A stretch of 60,399 nt of DNA from Octopus bimaculoides (Eukaryota): assembly GCF_001194135.2 (NCBI RefSeq), contig NC_068988.1, positions 58,700,616 through 58,761,014 on the forward strand. Reading direction: 5' to 3'. The notes beneath the pieces are model-generated. The model was given only the letters and a program-made list of their open reading frames with translations, did no database searches and was not told the DNA's origin. Made by a program: the position numbers and the translations under genes. Below, one piece after another: positions 38,641 to 51,214 of the stretch (its first letter is position 1; every line of letters starts with the position of its first letter).

Positions 38641-39878
38641 ATATATATATGTATATGGATGAATATGAATGTATGTATGCACATATGTATGCACTCATGC
38701 ATATATATACACGCATATCTATGCAAACGCAAAATACAAACACTTCCGAACATACATACATCTGCCTGAAAGCGCAGCACTAGACTGGCACAGATAACTA
38801 ATCACAGGCTCTTACTTAGATGCACAGTCACATACACACATGCACGCATTCACACAAATACATGTACACATACACGCACGCACAAACGCACGCGCTTACG
38901 AACGCACACATATGCACTCAACATACGTACACACACGCTGGTGTACATGAATAACCATGAGCGCATACACACTCGCTTTTTACGAAAATAGACTGGATTT
39001 ATAGACGACTCTTAGACACGCGCGCTATCCTAGAAACGCACTTGATAAACGCATGCACACGTTTACATTTATGTCCATGCTGACACGCAGGCGCATATGG
39101 TCAGAGAACTACGGTGCCCCTTTCCCTAAAACACACACACACAATCACGTACACACACACATAGACACTAGGTGCGCATGGGCATATCGTTATAAAGTCA
39201 TATCCCCAATAACTGAAAGGCATTCATACAGGCATGCTTATACACACTGTGATTTCTTTTCCTTGCCTCACAAACATCGCAGCAGTTTCTTGGCGTGTTG
39301 TGCGTGTGTATATACCATCTCTGGACCATTAGAAATACCATGGAAATAACGTTGCTGAAATGACGTGTGTCGGGGAATTGTGACGCTGGAAATAGTTCTC
39401 ACTTCTTGTCTTTTCCTTCTACCACTGGTAATACACAACCACTACTACGTCAGGAAACACACCTCAAGCCTCTCTCCCATCCTCTATCAGTGTCAGTATT
39501 TCTCCCATTGTATCTAACACTCTAACTCACTCTCGCTCATTTCTCTCTCTGTCTCTCTCTCTCTCATCCCCTCTGTTTCCCCATCTCTCACTGCTTTTTT
39601 CTTACTTTCCTTACTTTTTCCAAGCGACAACATTATGGATGGGTTTTATTTGAATTTTTTTCTGCATTGAAATTCTTCTACTTTCATTTTTCCACGTTCT
39701 TTTTTATTTTTTCGCGGGATTTTCGCTGTGTGCAGATAGGAAGAAGGAGAAAGGTAGATAAACAGACAAACATATAAACAGTCAAACAGACAGATAGACA
39801 GACAGACAGACAAATAGATAGAGAGATAGATATATAGACAGATAGATAGATAAATACAGAATCTGAGAGAGGGAGAAG

Positions 39879-39915
<37 letters not shown>

Positions 39916-40243
39916 GGTATATATATATAGAGACAGACAGACAGACAGATATACAGATATAGATGTGTGTATGAATGTATGTATGTATGTATGNNNNNNN
40001 NNNNNNNNNNNNNNNNNNNNNNNNNNNNNNNNNNNNNNNNNNNNNNNNNNNNNNNNNNNNNNNNNNNNNNNNNNNNNNNNNNNNNNNNNNNNNNNNNNNN
40101 NNNNNNNNNNNNNNNNNNNNNNNNNNNNNNNNNNNNNNNNNNNNNNNNNNNNNNNNNNNNNNNNNNNNNNNNNNNNNNNNNNNNNNNNNNNNNNNNNNNN
40201 NNNNNNNNNNNNNNNNNNNNNNNNNNNNNNNNNNNNNNNNNNN

Positions 40244-40293
<50 letters not shown>

Positions 40294-42339
40294 TGCTTTT
40301 TCTCATATACTACATTTTATCCATCGTTCCTCTCAATTTTTTTCAATAACATAGAACATATTTATTTATATATTCATTCCGGATACACAAATATACACTC
40401 ACACATACTTATAGACAACGACGCAGACGCGTGTGCAGCACTGACACACACACACACACTAACAGACAGACAGACACACACACGCACACACACACACACA
40501 CATATACGTACACATATACACACATATTGATTTTGTACAATTAACTTTTATCAGTGCTGTGTACAAAACAGTGAAAATTGTATTTTCATTCGCATTTTAA
40601 AAAATAGATGTATAAACGTATTAAAAAAGCCTATATAAAAAGATAACAAAAACTCCCCCCACCCAAAAAAATAGAACTGCATAAGATACAAGTAATTAAA
40701 CAAACAACTGCATCAGTTAATATAAGTTAATAAATGTCAAGTAAGTAAAAAGTATAATTTAATAAACAGTTGATAATATTAACTGTTGAAAATATGGAGA
40801 ATGGACAATATTACGACAGCTACTAAATAGTTACAATAACAAAGCAAAAAGCGCGTGTTCGCACACATACATACACATATATCTCTATATATTTACTTAT
40901 ACTTACATCTCTCTCTTTCTCTCTTACGTTCTCTCTTCCCCCTCTCTCTCTTTCTATATATATNNNNNNNNNNATATATAAGATACTCATACATATACAT
41001 ACACAGACATACACGCACTCACGCGCACACGCGCACACACAGACACACACGCAGACACAGAGTCCATACACACATAGTGCCATTCCTCCTGGAGAACAGC
41101 AGCAGTTTCTTGTTCGCTCCGCTTCTTGCCAAAGAAGTTTACAGCGAAGTTTTATCTGCTCGTTTATCGTCTAAATTGCGAAAAGGAGAAAAGGAAAAAA
41201 GAAAAAAACTTCTGTCTCTAACTTGATATATTTATCAAACTACCACCAGGATATATAATTAACTGTTTATGTATATATGTATATATATTTACACACATAC
41301 ATATACTTATAATATATAACTACTTTAAATTATATTTATATATAAATATATAACTATATATAAATATATATACATATATAATTTCAAATCTACGACTTGT
41401 TCGTTTTTCAAAAGATGGCACTTTCAAACTTTGTTCAGCTAACGTGGACATGTCTTGCAGTGGGGATTTTCTTTCATGTAAGTATTACTTTTATGTTATT
41501 AAACTAATTAATTTCTCTATCTACCACCACCATCACCACCACCACCACCACCACCNNNNNNNNNNNNNNNNNNNNNNNNNNNNNNNNNNNNNNNNNNNNN
41601 NNNNNNNNNNNNNNNNNNNNNNNNNNNNNNNNNNNNNNNNNNNNNNNNNNNNNNNNNNNNNNNNNNNNNNNNNNNNNNNNNNNNNNNNNNNNNNNNNNNN
41701 NNNNNNNNNNNNNNNNNNNNNNNNNNNNNNNNNNNNNNNNNNNNNNNNNNNNNNNNNNNNNNNNNNNNNNNNNNNNNNNNNNNNNNNNNNNNNNNNNNNN
41801 NNNNNNNNNNNNNNNNNNNNNNNNNNNNNNNNNNNNNNNNNNNNNNNNNNNNNNNNNNNNNNNNNNNNNNNNNNNNNNNNNNNNNNNNNNNNNNNNNNNN
41901 NNNNNNNNNNNNNNNNNNNNNNNNNNNNNNNNNNNNNNNNNNNNNNNNNNNNNNNNNNNNNNNNNNNNNNNNNNNNNNNNNNNNNNNNNNNNNNNNNNNN
42001 NNNNNNNNNNNNNNNNNNNNNNNNNNNNNNNNNNNNCTTCTTCTTCTTCTTCTTCTTCTTCTTCTTCTTCTTCTTCTTCTTCTTCTTCTTCTTCTTCTTC
42101 TTCTTCTTCTTCTTCTCCTCCTCCTCCTCGTCCTTCTTCTTCTTCTTCTTCTTTGTCAAAAATTTACAACCACCTCGAACCCACAAGAGTAAACAAGAGA
42201 GACAGAAACAGGCAGAAACAAGGAAAATGCCCCTTGTATTTGAACACTATGCAAATATTCTTTAAAAAAAAACTTTTCATTTAATTTTTCCAAAATTTAA
42301 TTGTTTTCCATACTTATTGTTGTAAAAGTCTTAATGACT

Positions 42340-42512
42340 GAAACCGGTACCGAAATTCTTGGGAGGGTCTAGTCGATTATATCGACTCCAGTGCATAACT
42401 GGTACTTAGTTAACCGGTCTCGAAAGTATGAAAGGCAAAGTCGGTTTCGGTTTAATTTGAAGTTTTAGCGTAAAATGAAATATTGCTAAGAATTTTGTCC
42501 GGTGTGCTTAAA
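42340..42512 (-). mobile_element. SINE family B copy
   Basis: gtcgattatatcgactccagtgcataactggtactta..gaaagtatgaaaggcaaagtcgg..gctaagaattttgtccggtgtgct. Confidence 0.8.
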
Positions 42513-42584
42513 AAAAATTGTAAACACGTGTTTATAGAAGACTAAAGAATTAACTATGAATGGACTTCATGCTCTTTTGATATT

Positions 42585-42990
42585 TTCTTTTATTTGTTTC
42601 AATCAATTGACTACGGCCATTTTGGTGCACCGCCTTTAGTCGAACAAATCAACACAAGGACTTATTCTTTGTAAGCCTAGTCCTTATTCTATCGGTCTCT
42701 TTTACCGAACCGCTAAGTTACAGGGACGGAAACGCACCAACATCGGTTGTCAAGTGATGGTAGGGGGAAAAACACAAACACACAAACACACACACACGCA
42801 CACACACATACACACACACGTATACGACGGGCTTCTTTCTGTTTCTGTCTTCCAAATGCACTCACGAGGCCTTGGTCGGCCCGAGGCTATAGTAGAAGAT
42901 ACATGCCTAAGGTGTCACGCAGTGAGACTGAACCGGGAACAATGTAGTTGGTGAGCAAGCTACTTACCACACAGCCATTCCTGCGCGCCT
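42585..42990 (-). mobile_element. tRNA-derived SINE family A, full length
   Basis: Complete head-to-tail collinearity with 18584-18980 and 38352-38640. Confidence 0.92.
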
Positions 42991-43239
42991 ATGTCAAGGA
43001 AATGAGTTCCCGTGAAGAGTTGAAACGCGTTCATGAGGAAGTTTCCTCATCCACTCACACGAATCTAAAGTTTCTACTTTCAGCTTAAATACCGGTACTC
43101 AAATTTGTCAATGCGACAAATGTGGATAATATAAGTAATATAACTGGGGGCAATCCCGTCTTTCCTTTATTTTAAATATGCTTATATAAATGTATGACAT
43201 TATTATCACTGTTGTTATTGTTGTTGTTATTATTATTAT

Positions 43240-43795
43240 TGGGTGACAAAGCAGTGAATGCCATCAAAGTGACACTGGGGAAAAATATACGAAGCCTAGT
43301 ATGCCCATCATGACTAACCATCTGATAAGGGTACACCAGGCATATGCATCACAGCCACATGTACGCGACATGTTGATCTCATATAAAGATAAACAGCACA
43401 TGAGCTTGCAGGTAGGGCCCAGTTAGAATTTTCTTTAGGTCGAGTAGCCCATTCCGCTCAAAAGGTCCCTGAATAAGGTTTGTATAAAGACGATGAACCA
43501 GACACCACATGTTTTAGAGGTGAATTATTAAAACACCAAAGAATTCCTCTCAACACATGGCTATGATGTTCCCCCACTACTTCTACTCATGATCAGAGAT
43601 GCACATATCATCAACCATCAAAAGACATGCTCAACAGGTTATGGTCAAACAACTGACAAGTAAATCTGTGGTATTAAGCGGAATATTTGCTGTAGCCCAT
43701 CTTTTATACCAAGATAACACATGAACAGGATAACACTTCCAATCAGTTAAGATCTGAATATCTATGAGAGAGAGAGCCTGGTACTGCACCAGGAC
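43240..43795. repeat. Unclassified ~555-bp segment embedded between (ATT)n/(GTT)n tracts
   Basis: Non-coding and bounded on both sides by trinucleotide tracts; terminal hairpin cctggt-actgc-accagg. Repetitive nature is recalled, not demonstrable within this window. Confidence 0.35.
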
Positions 43796-43819
43796 ATTTA
43801 TTATTATTATTATTATTAT

Positions 43820-44030
43820 TTTATGTTTGACTTTTGTTTTGCATTTGTACAAGTTGGATCCAAGTCTCACCCAGAAACCTCAAGAGACAACAAATTAGAA
43901 GTTCATGTAGGTGTTATGCCTAGGGTACCATATATTTGGATTTGTACAGTTTTGTTCAAGTGAATGTTTAAGAAACCATAAGAAAATTATGTGTTTGCTT
44001 TAAAATTTGAGATCACATAGACAGTATTTT
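43820..44030 (-). mobile_element. R4/Dong-like element: last codons and 3' UTR only
   Basis: Minus strand begins aaaatactgtctatgtga (KILSM*), followed by a ~190-nt UTR into (AAT)n; (AAT)n on both sides. Confidence 0.5.
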
Positions 44031-44841
44031 ATTATTATTATTATTGTTATTATTATTATTATCATCATCATCATTATTATTATTATTANNNNNNNNNNNN
44101 NNNNNNNNNNNNNNNNNNNNNNNNNNNNNNNNNNNNNNNNNNNNNNNNNNNNNNNNNNNNNNNNNNNNNNNNNNNNNNNNNNNNNNNNNNNNNNNNNNNN
44201 NNNNNNNNNNNNNNNNNNNNNNNNNNNNNNNNNNNNNNNNNNNNNNNNNNNNNNNNNNNNNNNNNNNNNNNNNNNNNNNNNNNNNNNNNNNNNNNNNNNN
44301 NNNNNNNNNNNNNNNNNNNNNNNNNNNNNNNNNNNNNNNNNNNNNNNNNNNNNNNNNNNNNNNNNNNNNNNNNNNNNNNNNNNNNNNNNNNNNNNNNNNN
44401 NNNNNNNNNNNNNNNNNNNNNNNNNNNNNNNNNNNNNNNNNNNNNNNNNNNNNNNNNNNNNNNNNNNNNNNNNNNNNNNNNNNNNNNNNNNNNNNNNNNN
44501 NNNNNNNNNNNNNNNNNNNNNNNNNNNNNNNNNNNNNNNNNNNNNNNNNNNNNNNNNNNNNNNNNNNNNNNNNNNNNNNNNNNNNNNNNNNNNNNNNNNN
44601 NNNNNNNNNNNNNNNNNNNNNNNNNNNNNNNNNNNNNNNNNNNNNNNNNNNNNNNNNNNNNNNNNNNNNNNNNNNNNNNNNNNNNNNNNNNNNNNNNNNN
44701 NNNNNNNNNNNNNNNNNNNNNNNNNNNNNNNNNNNNNNNNNNNNNNNNNNNNNNNNNNNNNNNNNNNNNNNNNNNNNNNNNNNNNNNNNNNNNNNNNNNN
44801 NNNNNNNNNNNNNNNNNNNNNNNNNNNNNNNNNNNNNNNNN

Positions 44842-44875
<34 letters not shown>

Positions 44876-45014
44876 GAAAATTTCTTCTGCAGTAGCTTTA
44901 CGCGTATTTCCACAACACTATCTTATGCACCTCGGTGATTCTGAAGCGTGTGCGACATTTACTTATGTTTGTGGGGTTTGGAGGAGTGCACGGAATAATC
45001 TTTTTTATTTTGTG

Positions 45015-45074
<60 letters not shown>

Positions 45075-45079
45075 ATATT

Positions 45080-45560
45080 TCAATTTTGTAAATCTTAGAC
45101 ACGTAAATGTTAAACTCTCCGGTCATTTCAGTTAGGGAGCAGTCAACAAGTTAACAACGGTCCCTTACTTCTTCCTCTCTTGTACCTTATATAGACAAAA
45201 CTTCCCATTAAATCTTTACATATCAAGAAATAGACTTCTGCATGACCTGTAACCTTGCATCAACCCCGATTATATTTACACAGCCCTTCAAACTATTCGA
45301 TATACATGTCAATGTTCCAATCATCACTAGAAACACTAGAACATTCTTTAGCCCCCATAACCTTCCAATCCCCTCTTTCAATGGCTCATCCTTCTCCATG
45401 TCTTCAAACTCTTTATCTTTCACTCTAATATCTAGAGGGAGAGAAATATAAACAATTTGGGCCTCTTTTCCTTTCTTGTTGACAGCTACACCGTCTGACT
45501 TTCTTACCTCAATCATTATTATTAGATTATCTTTATTCGTATTGCGGAACATCACTGCAA
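45080..45560 (-). pseudogene. R4/Dong-like RLE endonuclease fragment
   Basis: ORF 45223-45555: IEVRKSDGVAVNKKGKEAQIVYISLPLDIRVKDKEFEDMEKDEPLKEGIGRLWGLKNVLVFLVMIGTLT, a decayed RPD..D..EK.EKY..L..VVIGALG domain. Confidence 0.8.
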
Positions 45561-45599
45561 TACTGAGCGCAGCTTTGTTTACTTTATGTCCCGGATTTA

Positions 45600-46280
45600 T
45601 TTTTACTGTATTAAAAGTACCTTACGTAATATGTGTACGACGCCTACCATTTCTATGTGATGCATAATTATATGTCATATGGGTTATGATCTTGTATTTG
45701 TCTCGTTAATAATTGTTTCAACTTTGTGTTGAGATCTTATATTTAGTAATTGTTTCTGCAGATGAGTTGTGGTCTTGTATTTGTCCCATGATAATTATTT
45801 CTGCTTTTAGGCTCTCTATTTTGGTTATTTCTATTTTTATATATTTAGATTTGTATACTTTCTCCATCACTGTTAGAATATCTTACCAGCCTTTGTGATT
45901 GATACACAGTTTAGGAGCAGTTTTTTTACCCTAGAAACTCTTGACCACAATATCTGGCAACTTATCCTAGATCTCCTTGTTTGTCGTGGCATATTGTATC
46001 TGTTATGGTTACTTGGTCATTTTCCTACACCTTTTCTGGTCTATGCCATCTCTTTTCTATCGTTATTTCATAATGCTTGCATTACGCCCAATGTTTGTTA
46101 GTTCCAACACAATGGATGTATACCTTCTTGGTTCTTGGTTAAGAGTGGGCAATCAGACATAATGCGGTTAATTGCTTCTTCCTCATTTCCACATATACTG
46201 CAGCTACTGATTATATGCTTCAAGTTTGCTTACTATTCTTCATCATCTCCTGTTTGATTTATATTGGAGAAGATTTTTGT
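45600..46280 (-). pseudogene. R4/Dong-like fragment of a second subfamily (CCHC knuckle + RLE + terminus)
   Basis: CSICGNEEEAINRIMSDCPL..CKHYEITIEKRWHR.PEKV.ENDQVTI..PDIVVK..VHILRKVLLIQ*. Confidence 0.8.
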
Positions 46281-46289
46281 TCCTGTTCC

Positions 46290-46505
46290 GCAATCAGGAA
46301 ACCTGGCGTTAGCGTGTCGGACAAAACGCTTTCTTCTGACTATACATGGAGTTCAAATGTCACTTATATCGACTTTGCCTTTCATCCTACCACGGTCGAT
46401 AAAATGAGTATCAGTTGACCCCATGGTGGATGCAGTCGACTAGCTCCTTCCCCCAAAAGCTTCAAGGATTGTGCCTATAGCAGAAAGGATTATTATTATT
46501 ATTAT
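46290..46505 (+). mobile_element. SINE family B copy with (ATT)n tail
   Basis: gttagcgtgtcggacaaaacgct..gagttcaaat..cgactttgcctttcatcc..ggtcgataaaatgagtatcag..tgtgcctatagcagaaaggattattatt. Confidence 0.85.
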
Positions 46506-46519
46506 CATCATCATCTTTC

Positions 46520-47655
46520 ATTTGACTCTGATTCGTTCTCATTCGCGATAGAATTTATGTGGTGGCGGGTTACTACCTGTAACCTTAGATATCCACAAGC
46601 TTTGAATAATGTTTCAAGTGCGTATTAATCTTTCCTGTTCTTAAGAGGCAAACTTTCTGTAGAAGATGCACAGGAAATTCTATTCCAATCTCCTTGAAAC
46701 ATTTGTCTATATCTTTATTTACAATTCCCAATGCACCAATTATCACAAACACAACTTTTATTGTTTTCATACTCTAAATTCTTTCAATTTCAAATTTTAA
46801 GCGATTTTATATTCTTTTGCTTTTCATTGTCGTTTTTTTTCCAATCCTGGAATCAAAAGGGCATGATGGATCAATTAGTAAGCAACATTGCTTTTGCTTG
46901 TCTATTATTGTTATGTCTTGTCTGTTGTTTTCTTGCTTCTTATCCTTTTAAATTGAAAAATCTCATAAAATTTTGTATTTCTCTGACTCCAGCACTCTTT
47001 CAACCCGATGATCATACCATGTGCATTCAGCTTCAAATTCTCATTTCTAACAAAGCTTCAAGTATAAAACATTCACAACTTGGTTATGCCTCCATTACTT
47101 ATATTCTCCCAACGCCAACTTGGGACATTCTGCAACAATGTCTGCTACTGTCTCATTTTAAATTCCACCGACTTTACATTTTTCTGATAACTTCTCCCTA
47201 TACAATATTTTCTCAAGTTGTTTGAGCTGCTATAATTAGGTGCTGTTTCTTTCTAAATGCCCTTTTCTTAGCCAAGCCCAGGATTTTGTTACGCATGTAT
47301 CCCCATTGTCTTTCCAAACTGACCAAGCAAATGTTTCTCTTCAATCTGTTTAACATGCTCTCTTTTAATTTCATTCTTTCCTTTCTCTTATTCCACACTT
47401 GATCACCTGCTCCTTATTCACTGTCTTTAGTAATTTATCTCTTCTGTTCTATAAAGATTCTAATTGGCTTTTCTTTCCATCTGTAAACACTCTTCCTCAG
47501 CAATTAAAGCTCTACCACTCCAGTCTATCTTCATGTACAACCGGTTGATATCAGCTTTCGGACGGTGGGCTCCATACATTGTCTACGGCTTCGGTTCAGT
47601 TTCTGAAAGTCGATTTTGGTCCAGCCAACAATTCCAATTCCATATCCGATTACCA
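46520..47655 (-). pseudogene. 5'-truncated R4/Dong-like retrotransposon (post-RT, CCHC, RLE, 3' UTR)
   Basis: GYGIGIVGWTK..HRPKADINRLYMK..LIIAAQ..CKVGGILNETVADIVAECPKLA..WRHNQV..WYDHRVERVLESEKYKIL..NNRPDITIID..LIDPSCPFD..VIIGALGIV..LLQKVCLLRT. Flanked by (ATT)n on both sides. Confidence 0.9.
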
Positions 47656-47683
47656 ATTATTATTATTATTATTATTATTATTA

Positions 47684-47745
<62 letters not shown>

Positions 47746-47849
47746 GTTATTGTTATTGTTATTGTTGTTGTTGTTGTTGTTGTTTTGCAGTTGCATGGTA
47801 TTGATTTTGGAAACGTTTTTAATTATGTTCTCTGTCGTGCTAAAAGTTG

Positions 47850-48125
47850 TAGTCTAAGATAACAAGCATTTCCCCCTACCTTCTCCTCTATTCAAGTCCT
47901 ATTAGGTTCTTCACGTCTGTTCATACTTTGTAGTGAGAACTTTCTGGATAAGTCTTAATCAAATAACAAGTATTTCCGCACTGCACCCACTCCCAGATTA
48001 AGATTCAGTTTTCGAAGATTTACTCCCAAATTATTTGCCTCATTTCCCAAAGCCGCAATGATAATTGGTAGAAATACGATCTTGATTTGATAAAGTTTTT
48101 GTTCCATTTCAGATTTTTTCATGTC
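47850..48125 (-). pseudogene. Old R4/Dong-like RLE C-terminal fragment
   Basis: QIKIVFLPIIIAALGNEANNLG..RKVL-like end. Confidence 0.55.
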
Positions 48126-48139
48126 AGTGTATTTTGTCG

Positions 48140-48235
48140 TTGCTGTTGATGTTGCTGGTGTTGTTGCTATTGGTGTTGTTGTTGTTGTTGATCAGTTGTT
48201 GTTGTTGTTGTTGATCAGTTGTTGTTGTTGATCAG

Positions 48236-48288
<53 letters not shown>

Positions 48289-48340
48289 CTTCTTCTTCTT
48301 CTTCTTCTTCTTCTTCTTCTTCTTCTTCTTCTTCTTCTCT
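48140..48340. repeat. (GTT)n-(CTT)n array with three gatca interruptions
   Basis: Read directly. Confidence 0.95.
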
Positions 48341-48357
48341 TTCCTCTTCGTTCTCTT

Positions 48358-48470
48358 CTGGTCGATGAAATAAAGAACCAGGCAAGTACTGCTCTCAGTC
48401 TAATCGACTATATCTCTACCCTGAAATCTGCTGCCCTTTTGCCAAAATTTGAAGCAGCTATCATTATTAT
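48358..48470 (+). mobile_element. SINE family B 3' fragment
   Basis: ggtcgatgaaataaagaaccagg..taatcgact..ttttgccaaaatttgaagc..atcattatt. Confidence 0.6.
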
Positions 48471-48474
48471 AAAT

Positions 48475-48720
48475 CTATCAAATTCTACTTTGTGTTGCAA
48501 TTTCAATACCCTTCAGCTTCTTAGATAACAGTTTGCATGTTATGTCAAATATAGTCATTACTACTGGAACAGTTGTCGCCTTTGTCTTCCACAATATCTT
48601 CATCTCTATGTACTAATATTATGTCTTCTACAATCTCTTCGTGGCTAGGTACTAATATTTCTTAAGTTTCTCAATGGGGCTGATATAATATGACTATTGA
48701 CTGACAGTTGTGGAACTACT
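48475..48720 (-). pseudogene. Old R4/Dong-like RLE fragment
   Basis: IEKLKKY*YLA..EMKILWKTKATTVPVVMTIF. Confidence 0.6.
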
Positions 48721-48789
48721 GTGTTTTATTGGATATACTCTAAATATACATATATTTAGGTAAACATTTGTAGGTCCGAGGTAAGAACT

Positions 48790-49170
48790 GGAAGAAAGCG
48801 TTTGACTTTGATTTTGTCGGAATAATCAGAAGTTGCGTGCGGGGTATCCGATGCTGTTTGTCATCATTTTAGGAACAATCCTTGTTATTTCTATATTGCT
48901 TTTTGAAACACTCAAACGCTCAAACACGCGCACGCGCGCGTATTTTCCATATATTCTTCTGCTCTTCATATCTGTTCTTAATTCGCATTAAAAACTTTCA
49001 GGAAAATTCTGGCTGTGCCTACTAGGTATCTTTCTGGACTGCCTTCACTCTCAGATTAATATCAAATTTTCGAAGATCATGACTTTTTTCTTACAATATT
49101 GGAGGTTCTCAAACCTCGAAATACTTTGCTTTTTCTTTCCATTTTTTTCTTATTATTCTTTTATCAAATG
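48790..49170 (-). pseudogene. R4/Dong-like C-terminus and probable 3' UTR remnant
   Basis: ..AVQKDT*VGTARIFLKVF, a decayed LQK..LLGTARILRKVL motif. Confidence 0.55.
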
Positions 49171-49186
49171 AGAATACCATGTTGAT

Positions 49187-49225
<39 letters not shown>

Positions 49226-49429
49226 NNNNNNNNNNNNNNNNNNNNNNNNNNNNNNNNNNNNNNNNNNNNATATACATAATTATATATATATTCTTATCAT
49301 TCTTTAAAAGATCCAGATTGTTCTGTTCTATTTATATTTCGATTTGTAAAGGAACGTTCCATAACAACATGATGTCATCGTTTTCTTGTGCGTTTTATTC
49401 TGTCCTTACATCCATGCGACGCCACATTT

Positions 49430-49860
49430 GTTGCTGAATTTCTTGAGAACTATTGCACCAGTTTAATTATGTTTACAGTTTTTATATTTCTTCGGAGATA
49501 GCAGTAAAAATTCCGATGCAATATAAGTATATTGCCTCAGCTGAGTCATTACACATTCTATATTTTGGTGGACAATTCTGCTAAACTTTATCCTCCTTAT
49601 CCTATTTACTCTTAGGCCCTGTTCCTGTGTTGTCGAAATCATTATGACAGCCACTTCAACATTTCTTTCTTTAAACCAAAGCCGACTCTCTTTTTCATCA
49701 TTGATCTGTTTTGCATTTTGGGAAAATACTCTGAGTGAAACATATGTTCCTCAAAGTTTTACATCTTCTATTCCACATTATCCAGTTTATATTTGTGGGC
49801 TCTGCAAATTCTGTAAATAGTCTCTGCCTTATTTCTCTAAGGACAACTTTTCCTTTACGT
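49430..49860 (-). pseudogene. Old R4/Dong-like post-RT/CCHC fragment
   Basis: SRLWFKERNVEVAVIMISTTQEQGLRVNRIRRI..YIASEFLLLSPKKYKNCKHN, a decayed W.WL..G.L..ETE..I.AAQEQALRTN..HI.SEC..LA.KEYK.RHN. Confidence 0.65.
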
Positions 49861-49889
49861 GTCAATATCCTTCAGTTCATCCATCCTCC

Positions 49890-50085
49890 GCCGGGTAAAA
49901 TGCTTAATGGTATTTCGGCCATCTTTACGTTCTGAGTTCAAATTGCGCCGAGGTCGACTTTGCTTCTCATCCTCTCGGAGTCGATAAATTAAGTACCAGT
50001 TCAGTACTGGGGTCGATGTAATCGACTTAACTCCTCCCGCCAAATTTTAAGCTTTCTACCTATAGTAAAAAGGATTCTTCTTAAG
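49890..50085 (+). mobile_element. SINE family B, well-preserved copy
   Basis: gccgggtaaaatgcttaatggtatttcgg..gttctgagttcaaattgcgccgaggtcgactttgc..gtcgataaattaagtaccagttcagtactggggtcgatgtaatcgactt..cctatagtaaaaagga. Confidence 0.92.
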
Positions 50086-50089
50086 GATT

Positions 50090-51210
50090 TTGCTAGTCTC
50101 CGACTCCGTCACTCTCTGCGGTTTGTGCTCATACCACGTCTTGCCTCTCTCTAGCCTCCACTTTTTGCACAGTTTCGAATGTAGCACTTTCGCCATTTCA
50201 TCATGTTGCCACAACTTGTAGTGGTTTTGGGTAAGTCTAGGGCAATCGTTCGTAAAATAGGCAATGGTTCCATCCACTCTATTGCAGATGCGGCACAGCG
50301 GAGACACTTGCTCATTCGTCAGGTTGATCCTTCAGTTCGTGGCCAGAGCTTCGTTCTGCGCTCCTAGTATAGCGATCTCGGTCTCTTTTTTAAGGGTTCC
50401 TTTCATCAGCCAATCCCACCTATATTTTCCAGCAACTTTTGTTGTGACTACATGGAATTGATCGTATGGTCCCTTCTTGCGTAATTCTTCTTCCTTTGTT
50501 TTCCTTTTTTCCTCTGCTCTCAATACTCTCACGTTCCTAACTGTCACTAGCAAGGTTTCTTTACTTTGGGCTAAGGATCTCATTAAGCTCTCGAGTTCGA
50601 TATGCACGCAGTCTTCCACACTCATCAGTCCTCTTCTACCATTTGCTCTCATTTTTCGCACAGTTTCCAATGCAGCACTTTCGCTACCTGGTCGTGTCGT
50701 CACAACTTGTGGTTTGGGGCATGCCTAGGGCATTCGTTCGTGATATGGGCAATCGTTTCATCCAATCTATTGCAGATGCGGCACAGCGGAGATCTTGTTC
50801 ATTCCTAAGATTCACCCTCCAGTTCGTGGCCAAAGATTAGCCTTGCGTAGCTAGTATAGTGCTCTCTGTCTCTTTTTTTAGGGTTCTTTTCATCAGCCAA
50901 TCCCACCTATATTTTCCAGCAACTTTTGTTGTGGCTGCATGGAATTGATTGTGTAGTCCCTTCTTGCGTAATTCTTCTTCATGTCCTTTTTGTAATTCTT
51001 CTTTTGTTTTCCCTTTTTTGTCTGCTTTCAATACTCCCTCGTTCGTAACCGTCACAAACAAGGTTTCCTTACTTTGGGATAGGTATCTTATTAAACACAC
51101 GCAGTCTTCTACACTTATAAGTCCCCTTCCTCCATTTTCTCTCTTCATTTATAGGCGATCAGTGTCTGCATGTGGATGATGGACTCCATGTATCGTTAGG
51201 AGCTTTTTGA
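50090..51210 (-). pseudogene. R4/Dong-like fragment with ~500-bp internal tandem duplication (post-RT to CCHC)
   Basis: Two copies of GRGL(I/M)SVEDCV..KYRWDWLMK(R/G)TLKKETE..SPLCRICNR(L/V)D(E/G)TIA. The 50651-51150 copy keeps CX2CX8HX4C. Preceded by HHPHADTDRL. Confidence 0.9.
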
Positions 51211-51214
51211 CTTC

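Noticed and set aside
17325-42990. tRNA-like A/B boxes as tRNA genes
   Set aside because: They are SINE heads; no cloverleaf or anticodon arm can be built.
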